DNA of 64,000 bases from Carcharhinus longimanus (Eukaryota). The translations under genes were made by a program, and so were the position numbers. Positions 12,201-22,174 of the stretch are shown here, piece after piece. How positions within the stretch are numbered: the first letter of the stretch is position 1; each line of letters starts with the position of its first letter. The stretch is taken from contig JASCQW010000128.1 of the NCBI GenBank assembly GCA_030264375.1, forward strand, positions 20,554,961-20,618,960, given 5' to 3'. The notes beneath the pieces were generated by a model. The model worked only from the letters and a program-made list of their open reading frames with translations, had not been told where the DNA came from and did no database searches.

Positions 12201-14295
12201 AGTAAGACTTGTTCATTTACACGTACCAAGATGAATTGAAATCGCCATGGATTTCAGTTATTGAAGTGTAAGCTTCAACAGAATGGAATAGACCAAATAC
12301 ATATCCATCAAAATGATGGATTTAAATCAAGCACTATGTTTTAAGTCATTTGGTAGTACAGAACTTTAATATAGCTGAAGGGGCAGATACGTTGCAGAAG
12401 TTTTTCATCTTGCATTCATCAGAACAAACACAAGAATGCCAAATTTCAAACAATCACAACAATTCTACAGCAGAAGAGACAAGTCTATTCTGATTCTCAA
12501 GTAACAAGAAAACTATAGAATCCCCATGCTTCTGGGTAATTTAAAAAATATATTTAAATTGTTACATTTTGAAAATTTCAAAAAATGTGTCCAAAATGGG
12601 AATTTATCTTTATTTTAAAAGCTGGCTGTCTCTCTTCAGTAAGGATCAAAATCAAAGACAGGAGACTGATAGCTGCATGCAATGAATCAGTGTCCTTTAT
12701 TCAAAAGCTACTTGACTAAAGGGGTATTTGATAGCTAACATATATAGGGCCATTTTCAGTTTTCTATCCAACAATAAAATAAGCAGACTTATGCTGTGAC
12801 AAAAACAAAAAATAACATATTTAATTTGTTTCATACTCGGTACAGCCCAAATATTGAATTTTACCCATATTTATGATGCTGACTGTGTTGAGCTTTACAT
12901 AATATTCTCATGCATTCTGTTTTTGCTCTTAAGTGTTTGTCGCTTTGTCTTCAAAACAGAAGAGAGTACAATCTTGGTCTATTTTTCAATGTTCCTCGAT
13001 TCTGTCCTTAACAGTAATGAATTTCATGGACATTTGAAGCTCATACATTCAATTTGTAACATAAAAGGAAATAGAAGACAGAAAACTAATCATTTCATAA
13101 AGTAATTGTTACCAGCAGAGATTGCAAGGAACTGTTTGTTTTGGAATGTGGCAAATTAATTGATTCTACTTCTCCATGGTGTATTGCAATAAATAGTGTC
13201 TGGTCTATTTGGCATTTTTGTTGGTATATAAATCTTGACTTTTTTTGTAGGCAGTCATCTGTTGGTGTTGCTTTTTCCACCTTTTCAGGTGACAACAGAA
13301 CATGATGGTCATCTCACATATTCTCCAGCAAGCAATTCATCATGAGTCAAAACATGGCTGTATTAATCCTCATGTGGCAAATAATAAACATGTTTTGGCT
13401 CAGAAGACAGCAAGCTGACTGAAGGAAACAGTAGTTTAATCTAAACACAAGAAGCCATTCAGAAGAAATCCAAAATTGTTAGTGCGGTTTCAAATTTCAT
13501 TCCCTCCAGTTGTGCTAACATTTAACATTCCATTGTTGATTTTGGTAGGTTAATCAAAGCATACCCAAATGTAGACATGATTCTCTCTCTGTAATAAAGG
13601 TCTTAAACCAAGGGCCATTTTTCCACTCCCCCTACTCCTCCTCCCACTGCCCACCACCTCTCCTACCTGATTTTCCAGATTTCCAATGTAGTATCTCAAT
13701 ACAGTGCATTCCCTTGATTCACTGCTGAATTTAGAAAACGTAAATGAGTAACTGAAAAGTCATTGGGAACAACTTCCTCACAGCACCCAAGTTATCTTCA
13801 TCTTTCATTTTGTTTTATTGTGGCTGGATGAACTTGCGCCATGGAACAGAAACTATTCAACCTAGAGTTGGAAATCCATAAAAGGTTGTTCCTTAGAGAC
13901 ATAACTTTTGTCCTTTTGAACCTCAATTTATACATTTCTTTAGAAATAAAATGGAAAATAATTGAACCCGTTGTTCTGTTTGCGTCTGTACCGCTCAAGT
14001 GTATCAACAAAAAAATGATTCCTTGATAAACACAACTGACATTTTTAAGTGCCGTGAAACCTTTTGAATCAAGACATAAATATTGTGGTTAAAATCAAGT
14101 ATTTACCAGCCGTATGAGGCATAAGATTCTGTATAGTAATTCCTGAAGTCTAATAGCCTCGACTGATGCAGTAGAACTATCAGTACAGCTGGTTACACTC
14201 AGCCCTTCCTTGCAGTTATACGTCTGCTTGCACTTCCGCTGCCAGGCCTGCTGGTATGCTTGGTCACAAGACTCTCCAGGCCTTCTTTCAGCCAT
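1180..14295 (-). CDS. HELZ-like: HELZ-like helicase gene (diverged HELZ paralog), 5' coding portion: join of 14295-14107, 1676-1640, 1458-1334, 1236-1180; continues beyond left edge
   Basis: Four GT-AG exons splice in frame (phases 0,1,0,0) to MAERRPGESCDQAYQQAWQRK...RLQELLYRILCLIRL|KNYKEAEEDCKS|VLCFHEILGENLLRDVLASLVLEGKLKDVYDALCDCKTEDCM|NGASLSHLRRLLHLLTESQ. This is colinear with the human HELZ N-terminus as recalled (MEDRRAEKSCEQA...[55 protein letters not shown]...|NGMVTKDLTRLKTLLSETE). Confidence 0.8.
1334..1458 (-). CDS. HELZ-like: HELZ-like coding exon 3 (125 nt)
   Basis: Acceptor ttcccaag, donor gtaggt; phase 1-0; open frame VLCFHEILGENLLRDVLASLVLEGKLKDVYDALCDCKTEDCM with the HELZ-like pattern VL..GE...R.VL....L.GKL..V. 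Confidence 0.8.
1640..1676 (-). CDS. HELZ-like: HELZ-like coding exon 2 (37 nt, KNYKEAEEDCKS)
   Basis: Acceptor ttctctacag, donor gtaagt; phase 0-1; 7 of 12 residues identical to recalled HELZ [12 protein letters not shown]. Confidence 0.82.
3110..3475 (+). mobile_element. Decayed SINE/LINE-tail remnant
   Basis: Motifs typical of shark interspersed repeats (gtgaccacaaattactgtcagattgccataaaa...cactaatg...accttctcaaggcaactggagatggacaataaatgct). A related element lies on the - strand at ~8820-9160. Confidence 0.4.
4125..4492 (-). mobile_element. HE1-like tRNA-derived V-SINE with an inserted inverted tail piece
   Basis: Minus-strand head GGTGGCACTGTGGTTAGCACTG...GGGTTTGATTCC (A/B box-like), central gttctccccatgtctgcatgggtttcctccggg, and tail ttacttgtgacactaataaaataaac. 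Homologous to the + copy at 31063-31342. Confidence 0.75.
5487..7110 (+). mobile_element. Decayed hAT (Charlie/Buster/SPIN-type, GTF2IRD2-like) DNA transposon with frameshifted transposase
   Basis: Left TIR-like CAGTGGTCTCCAAA at 5487 and subterminal repeats at 5580-5875. Broken ORFs 6035-7145 include KRAKTYHFH*EW, FRDGEVIK, CFSLQFDESVDMMDTA (first catalytic-Asp motif of hAT) and WLLILAFLRDASIKLNELNSELQ. Multiple stops and frameshifts. Confidence 0.8.
5580..5875 (+). repeat. Degenerate ~55-65 bp tandem subterminal repeats of the hAT element
   Basis: The unit ...cttcttgtgat(g)acaagcaaatcagc(t/c)cattgactgccaaac...ccaaaaatgc.ggaact recurs about five times. Confidence 0.6.
7841..8478. repeat. 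Inverted pair of short shark Penelope-derived/MITE-like repeats (7841-7933 and 8380-8478)
   Basis: atgctggaaatctgaaataaaaa...atctggcagcatctgtggggagag is reverse-complementary to ctccctcagcagatgctgccagatct...tttttatttcagatttccag. Related copies lie at ~37932-38080 and ~47530-47620. Confidence 0.6.
9340..10117 (+). mobile_element. Probable solo LTR (5' end lost in assembly gap)
   Basis: Non-coding segment with an internal AATAAA (~9941) that ends in cacacctctcctcatccataACA, an LTR-like terminus. No internal ORF. Confidence 0.4.
11137..11688. mobile_element. Penelope-like element 3' ends in head-to-head inverted arrangement
   Basis: 11174-11368 is reverse-complementary to 11480-11688 (gtaagaagtctcacaacacc / ggtgttgtgagacttcttac; attacaagagaatggttggaatgc / gcattccaaccattctcttgtaat). 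Each arm carries a C(T/C)GATGA...stem...(G/A)AAAGCT motif. Confidence 0.7.
11692..11717 (+). repeat. (GGA)n microsatellite
   Basis: aaggaggaggaggaggaggaggaggc seen directly. Confidence 0.9.
14107..14295 (-). CDS. HELZ-like: HELZ-like first coding exon (exon 14310-14107; ATG at 14295)
   Basis: Acceptor ttattgcag at 14311, Kozak AACATGG, 63 codons MAERRPGESCDQAY...LQELLYRILCLIRL, donor gtaaat at 14106. Phase 0 joins KNYKEAEEDC. Confidence 0.8.
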
Positions 14296-14431
14296 GTTTC
14301 AGACCACAACCTGCAATAAATAGTTACAAATTAATTGAAGAAACATTTGTCCGATTGCTTTATACTAGTTTAAAAACAAGTCCTCTCTCATCTTTGCACT
14401 GTATCCAGGGGTACTTAAATACTCAAAATAA

Positions 14432-15500
14432 AATGGGTCTTCTGATTGGCAGTCAGTGACTAGTGGGTTCCGCACAGATCTGTGCTAGGATCTCAACTTT
14501 TCACATTACATATTAATGATTTGGAAGAGGGAACTGAATGTATATTCTCTAAATTTGCAGATGATACAAAGTTGGGTGGGAGGGCAAGATGCTTAAGCAT
14601 TATTTGGACAGGCTGAGTGGGTGGGCATCTGCACAGCAGATGCAGTATAATGGGGATAAATGTGAGGTTATCCACTTTGATAACAATATTAGGAAGACAG
14701 ATTATTACTTGAATGGATGTAAATGGAGAGAGATGGATAATCAACGAGATTTTGGCGTCCTGAAAGTAAGCATGCATGCAGTTGCTGAAAGTAAGCATGC
14801 AGGTACAGCAGGCAGTAAAAAGGTAGCAAAATGGTATGTTCGCCTTCATAGTGAGAGAATTTGAGTACAGTTTTGCTGCAATTGTAAAGAGTGTTCATGG
14901 GGCCACACCTGGAGTATAGGATGCAGTTTTGGGTGACCTTATCTGAGGAAGAGTGTCCTTGCTATAGAGGGAGTACAGCGAAGGTTGACTCGGCTGATTG
15001 TTGGGATGACAGATCTGTCATACAAGGAGAGACTAAGTTGGTTAGGATTATATTCACTGGAGTTTAAAAGAGTGAGGGGAGTCTCATAGAAACTTATAAA
15101 ATTTTAACAAAATTAGAGAGGGTAGATTCAGAAAGAATGTTCTCAATGGTGGGGCAGTCCAGAACTTGCGGTCATAGTTTGAGGGTGAGGGGTAAACATT
15201 TTAGAACTGAGGTGAGGAGCAATTTTTTTCACCCCAAGGGTGATCAATGTGTGGAACTCACCACCACAGAATATAGTTGATGCCAGAATGTTGTCTGATT
15301 TCAAGAAGAAATCAGATATAGCTCTTGGAACTCAAGGGATCAAGGGATCTGGCGGGGGGTGAGGGGGGCAATAAGAATACTGAATTCGATGGAAGATCGG
15401 GATATTAAATTCGATGATCAGCCATGATCAAAATGAATGGTGGAGCAGACTCAAAGAGCTGGATGGCCTACTCCTGCTTCTAGGTTGTATATTTCTATGT
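14432..15500 (+). mobile_element. 5'-truncated CR1 LINE (RT C-terminus plus 3' UTR)
   Basis: [18 protein letters not shown]; [22 protein letters not shown]; gccacacctggagtat...; 3' tail ctcctgcttctaggttgtatatttctatgt. Contains a small 17-bp duplication (14760-14801). Confidence 0.85.
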
Positions 15501-17249
15501 AAGCTGCTTGACCCTCAGCCATAAAATAATTTTCTCCAATTACAATAATTCAGCTCCATTAATCTTCCAGTCATTTTCTTGCTGCAGAGGGCACCTGAAT
15601 ATCACTGACAGCAATACACATTTATTTATGAGAACTTAAGAAAACACATGAAACCCAAAAAAAGTAAGTTACTCAATTTTTAACTATTTGTTATTTGATG
15701 AAATCAATGATTTATTATAATATCCAGATGAAAACAGAAATAATTAACCATCTTTGTAAAACTCTTTTTGGGCCATCTTCAGTGCCTCTATCATTTTATG
15801 ACACTTACAAAGTTTTCTAGGTATAAGATAATCAAGTCCAGTACAAGATGAGCAGAACTTCTCTAATGTCTTCCAAGAATTCAATGAAGCTAGTGAAGCA
15901 AGGCTTTCTCTTTGGAAATTCATATTTATGAGAAATTATTATACATTTGATTTTCCTAAGAGAATTGATCTATAGTTCCTTGGTAATTCCTTCCTAAATA
16001 TAGGCAGCAGCTAGTCTTCTGGTACTACACCTTTTTTAAAAAAGATATATATGAAATAGTGTCTCTGCCATTTCTTCCCTAAGTGTGATACAATCCATCC
16101 AAACCAGTGATTTTATACTGAGCTTTGATTAATTTATATAACGCTATTTAAAATGTGGTTATGACTTCTAATCCCAATACTGTATCATGTTTTCTTAATC
16201 CAACTCATTGGTTAAATAGTGAAACAAAATAATATTATTTCTTCCATTTTGCTATCCCTGCCTTTGGTTTCATTCTAATTGCCCTTTAATCTGAAACATT
16301 TCTAAGACTGTCTGTAGAATATTTTACTACTTTGTTTAATGTTCGTTGATAATTTATTAGTTCCTATTCACCTTCTTTCCTACTCATTTTCTACTCCCCC
16401 AGGTCTTGTTCTCCTCGGCTGTCCACATACACAGTGTCATCCCCTTTCCTTATCCTCATTTTTTCCCTATATGTTTAGTCAGCCATAGTTTCTCATTACT
16501 GTCTAAGCAACAGAATACATTTTTTCCTGGGTTCTGCTGAACACCATTTTAAATGTTTCCCAGTGATGTTTTACATCATAATTCACCACTGAACTGAAAT
16601 ACCTAAACTCCCATGGTGAAATTTGAACTCGTATTCTGTAGAGATTTAAACCAGGTCTCTAGATTGCGAATCCAGTAATGTAACAACTAAATTACCCTAA
16701 CCACTCTTCTTCTTACTTCAACCCTACCATGTTTAAACCAAGGTGTAAAATAGAGTTTTCTACTCCATCTCATTTTTTTGACAGTAGTTCAAATGCAAAA
16801 TTCTCATGACCTCCCTGTGCAGCATTTTGGGAGTTACTCACCATTACTAATTAATTTACCTCATCTTCTATTTATTATTTTTAATCTCTGCTGTAGTCTT
16901 CCAGATTTTAGGTCTTCATCTCACACAACTAAAAAGTGAAATTAATTTGGATAGGTGATGGAGTAAGTAGCGCAGTTGTTACAAGTGTGCAGACAATAGT
17001 TTAATACCTAGCACTCAGTTGACAGTGTCATTTAGAGGTCATGGTAACAGTTAACATTAAGGAGACATCTACTACAGTTGGTGAGATTGCCCACTCGGAT
17101 GGGATAGACATAGATCATTGGAACCAGAGTAAGAAGAGGACTTAATTCTATACTCAGCCCATTCCATAACCGATGACAACATCACTGGGAGCCGGAAGAA
17201 ATTATTTCCAACCTTAATAAGAACAAAAAAGTCCATATCTTCATAAATA

Positions 17250-17382
17250 TGAAGAGGTTTGACATGATCAGGAATAGTCAGCATGGATTTGTCAAGGGCA
17301 GGTCATGCCTTACGAGCCTAGTTGAGTTCTTCGATAATGTGACTGAACACATTGACGAAGGAAGTGCCGTGGACGTGGTGTA
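17250..17382 (+). mobile_element. Young CR1 LINE RT fragment entering an assembly gap
   Basis: MIRNSQHGFVKGRSCLTSLVEFFDNVTEHIDEGSAVDVV is a canonical CR1 RT motif. Confidence 0.85.
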
Positions 17383-20300
17383 NNNNNNNNNNNNNNNNNN
17401 NNNNNNNNNNNNNNNNNNNNNNNNNNNNNNNNNNNNNNNNNNNNNNNNNNNNNNNNNNNNNNNNNNNNNNNNNNNNNNNNNNNNNNNNNNNNNNNNNNNN
17501 NNNNNNNNNNNNNNNNNNNNNNNNNNNNNNNNNNNNNNNNNNNNNNNNNNNNNNNNNNNNNNNNNNNNNNNNNNNNNNNNNNNNNNNNNNNNNNNNNNNN
17601 NNNNNNNNNNNNNNNNNNNNNNNNNNNNNNNNNNNNNNNNNNNNNNNNNNNNNNNNNNNNNNNNNNNNNNNNNNNNNNNNNNNNNNNNNNNNNNNNNNNN
17701 NNNNNNNNNNNNNNNNNNNNNNNNNNNNNNNNNNNNNNNNNNNNNNNNNNNNNNNNNNNNNNNNNNNNNNNNNNNNNNNNNNNNNNNNNNNNNNNNNNNN
17801 NNNNNNNNNNNNNNNNNNNNNNNNNNNNNNNNNNNNNNNNNNNNNNNNNNNNNNNNNNNNNNNNNNNNNNNNNNNNNNNNNNNNNNNNNNNNNNNNNNNN
17901 NNNNNNNNNNNNNNNNNNNNNNNNNNNNNNNNNNNNNNNNNNNNNNNNNNNNNNAGCAGTGGAAAGGGAAAAAAATGCACCCGTGGAAATGTAAATCTCA
18001 TTTTAAAAGGCAAATTATTCCTCAGAACTTATTAATTCTTGTCACCTAACTACTTGCTAATGAAAAATGGTACAAATTGCACTTCAAAATCTCGAAAATG
18101 GGTTCTATGATGTACAAAATGCATTTTGAGAGTCTAAACTGACATGGGCCTCTGGACAATGGACAGCCAAAATAAAAGCTGTCAATTTTATCAGCATATC
18201 TCTTACTACATATAAAGCTCCATTCACAAAACTACCTATTTGACTGACAGATACATGGAAGTGATCACAATGCATAAATGACACTATGGAGCACAGATAA
18301 AACTCCCAAAACTATTAACTGAAATCCAAGGTGTATTCTAAACCAACTGTTATTTTTCTTTTCAGTGACTCAATATAATTCCTGAAGAGGGGTTTCATTC
18401 AGCATTTGGCTTTTTCCTCAGTTGGCTCTATCTTGACACAGAATAATATCCAGGTAAATTAAATGAATTGTGATTTAATCATCAAACACAGAGTTTACTA
18501 AGTAGCAATTTATAATTCAGAACAACAAACATTAATCGTATTTCTCAGTAGCTTTGAGTTTGCCCAATTCAAGTTGATTCTTTTTCCTCCCAACACCTCA
18601 CTGGAGAGGAGAAAGAAAATAACTGGGCCCACTGTTCTGAGAGGTGAATGAGGCATATGGATGTACAAGAAATAAAGTTTGAAATTAGAAATTATAGAGA
18701 AAATATATTTCAAAAATCCAGCAATAGGCTGTATGAATAACTCTTAGAGGCAGGGAACTTTCCGAACCATTTTATTCCCACATGAAAATTTTGAAATTGA
18801 GCTCCCCTGCTAGGCTATTCCAGTGATGAGACTAAGACACATTAGAATGATTTCAATAGCAAAAAGGAAGCAGCACAGATTCAAACTAACTTACTGGCTG
18901 AGCATATTGCTCTGCTCTACAAACATTCATGCATAACTTTGAAATTCTAAATGACTGCCACACATGTATGAAAACTCATACTCCATCTTATTTATAACTG
19001 ACTAATGAAATGGCCCAGAAGACCATAGATTTCATTGCAGGATCCCAAATTAAAAGAACATTTCAAAAGAAATTTAACAGTACAACTTATTTTCTTTTAT
19101 TGAAGAAAAGGGGTAGGGTACAAGGAACAAAAATAGCCTCCTTGACTTTTCCTTTCCTTCATGTTGAAATTCAAACCAGTGTTTGTAATTGTAGACGTCT
19201 TGTGACATCTTCTATTGCTTAGGGGAAACATCACAGCACCCCAACTCTTGCACCACTTTCAAAAAAAGTTGCTGTCTCACGCTTTTATTCCACTTGACCC
19301 TTCGATTCACTGCCTTCAATGCTGGATATCTCTTCCCTTATCTAGTTCACTTATTTTATCCTTTTCCCTACACAACAACACACCCCTCCCAATAAAGCAC
19401 CAATATAATACTGTACTTTAAAATTTACTTCAAAATATTAAATCAATAAAAGCTACTTTTTTGATAAATGATTCACTATTTATTTAGGAGGTTCAGTAGT
19501 CATCATGGTTCAATCTAGTACTGGTTTAAACTACAAAGGTTCCTTATCAAACAGGTTCCAAATATCATTGTTTATCTCAGAATGTCATAAATTGAATGCT
19601 AATATTTAAACCTGTGAATTAGTGAAAAATGTTTACAAGTACCGTTTACAACTTTAAGTGTTTTGGGATATCCTGAGATCAAATTAAGGATTGCTAAAAG
19701 GATTTCAACTAAATGCATTCATCAACAAAGGAAATTTACTTCAATGTTGTCATTTTAAAAGACCTTTGATAAGATGTCACATTAGAGGCTTATTGATAAA
19801 GTTAGACAATATGGCAATCAAGGAAGTGTCACAGTATAAATGGAAAACTGACTGTGAGACAAAAAATATTTAAAGGTCTTTTCAGATTTGAGAGAAGTAA
19901 ACAGCGGCATCCCCAGAGATCATCATTGACAGCATTACAGTTCTTAATAAATAATCTGAACTTGAATATAGAGGCACAACATCAACATATGCAAATAACA
20001 CAAAAATGAGTTTCATCAATTGTGAAAAGAACTGAATGTTATAGACAAAGTACACTTTGCCAGATGAAATGCAATGGAGAGAAATTGGGTTATACGTTCT
20101 AGGAGAAAAACTGAAACATGCTGACAATAGTTTATAAAGCTTATAAAATGAGCAAGGAGATTTAGCATACACACATCTTTGCAACTTATATTAAATGCAG
20201 AAAAACATAAGAGCCCAGATGTTATAACAGCAATGAAAATAAAATTGTCAGCATTTGCTATTATTATTCCACTGAAACTGACAGTAACTTCTGGAGTCCA

Positions 20301-21423
20301 CACACAATGACAATGTGGAAATCCAGAAGCCACTGTCAATGATTCCATGTTTTCCCAGGGTGCCCTGTTGAGATTGCAATGGAAGTAAACTAAATTGATG
20401 AGAACTTCCACTCTTATATTTAGTTTCAATGACATTGAAAAAATCCTTGAAAGTTTCTTAAATGACATACTAACTTCATAACTACTGGGAAGCACCCTCA
20501 CTGGCTCTGAAAAGCTAATTTTATCTGTAGAAGTCAGTAATTTTAAAAATGTCCACACTTTTAATTTAAGAAAAACACTATATCTGTTCCACACATTATT
20601 TTTCTACCCAAAATTTTAAATTTAAAGTGAAGGATATCAAATATTTCCAACTTGTTGGTTGCAGTATGTGAAATTTGACTGTTTGCTGACATTAATCATT
20701 ACTCCTCCATACCAATACGTTCTTTTGACTTGGTACCAGTTAAACAATGNNNNNNNNNNNNNNNNNNNNCACCATGGAAGTTTCCTAGATCTCTTTCTTC
20801 AAGGCATGTGGCCTTGCTTAGTCACGGGCTGCAAAATTTGGGCACAGAATCAAAAGAAATCTATCAGGGTAACTGATCTAAAATTTGGTCAAAGGAGTTG
20901 GAACAGTATTGCAGGAGGGGAGAGAAAGAACATAAGGCACTAGAGGAACATGAGCCAATGTAGATTTCCAAAGACTGGGAAATAGAGAAAGCTGGACACT
21001 GCAATGATAGGATATAGGCAGCAATGTTTTCAGGAAGTGGAAGATTAGATGCCAGCCATAGAAATATTGGAATGATTGAGTTTGGAACTGATAAACGTAT
21101 GAACGAAAGTTTCAAATGCAGACAGAAAACGTCAGAGGTACAGGTGCGTAATCTTTGAGTTAGAAAGGACATGGATCAGAAACAAATCTCAGATATAAAT
21201 TGAATGCCAAAGTTGCCTACAATCTGTTTCTGCTTGAACACGTAAAGAGAAAGTGGAGGGTGCAATGTATGGGAGGAGTTAGGTGAATAAAGTCACTGCC
21301 AAAAGGATACAAAATGCATAGTTGGGTGAAAATTAAACTTTGGGAAAATGAAAATGTATAAGTGCAACAAGTTATGGCTCAGCCAAGACTGAATGTTGGA
21401 CAAGTATCTTGACAGTAAATATA

Positions 21424-21632
21424 AAGTTGCCATAGTCCCAGATGACCATAGGCTGCTCTCCGCTTTGAGGAGGGTGGAGTTGACTGGTAATGATTTAACC
21501 TGACGGTCACCACACTTCAGGGGAGGGGAAATGTTGAGAAGGCAGGGCCTCCATGAAGAACCTCAGCTGGTATGGGAATTGAACCCATTGCTGCACATTA
21601 CAAATCAGCCATCCAACCAACTGAGCTAACCA
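21424..21632 (-). mobile_element. tRNA-derived SINE
   Basis: Minus head GGTTAGCTCAGTTGG...GGGTTCAATTCCC (A and B boxes), followed by a non-tRNA body and tail ggtcatctgggactatggcaacttt. Confidence 0.7.
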
Positions 21633-22174
21633 ACCTCCTGCATCTTGACAGTACAGATGCAGTGGAGGGTTAAGAGAGATCCTGCATAGTTGAAACCAAA
21701 TGTGATCGAAACGTGTGTTCATTGTGGGAAAGTAAAAGGGAGAATTAGCTTGCAGTGACAGCCAAAAGTTGATGAAGCGATTTAAGAGGCCTCTGGTTTC
21801 ATGATTAAAAATATACAGCACAGAAGCAATTAAGTAATGCTTAGCCTACACCAATCATCTGTTTGTCTTTAGTTACAATATCATTTTCAGTTTTGGGCAC
21901 TTGGCTTTAGGAAGGATGTCAATACCAAGGCAAAGGTGCAGTAAAAATTCATTGCTGTTTGGGATAAGAAGATTAGGTTAAGAGCAGAGATCATAGAAAT
22001 TGGGATTTTACATTGGAACAAGGATGTTAAAAGCAGTGTTCAAAATGATATGTTTTGATAAAATAAACTAACAATTTCCACAAGACAATAAATTGATAGA
22101 ACAGATTTATCAACGGATGAAGGGAGAACTAGAAGTTTATCTTGTGACAGCAGTGTGAGTAGCAAACTTGATAA

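Noticed and set aside
17249-18049. Long ORFs spanning the N gap
   Set aside because: Artefacts of N translation; only the CR1 RT fragment is real.
20016-20594. 192-aa minus-strand ORF, the longest gap-free ORF in the window
   Set aside because: Non-ATG start, no recognisable domain, and its 3' part is antisense to a decayed CR1 fragment. Treated as chance or at most UTR.
21560-21632. tRNA-like sequences here and at ~31063-31120 and ~4420-4490
   Set aside because: A/B boxes are present, but there is no complete cloverleaf and they continue into SINE bodies.
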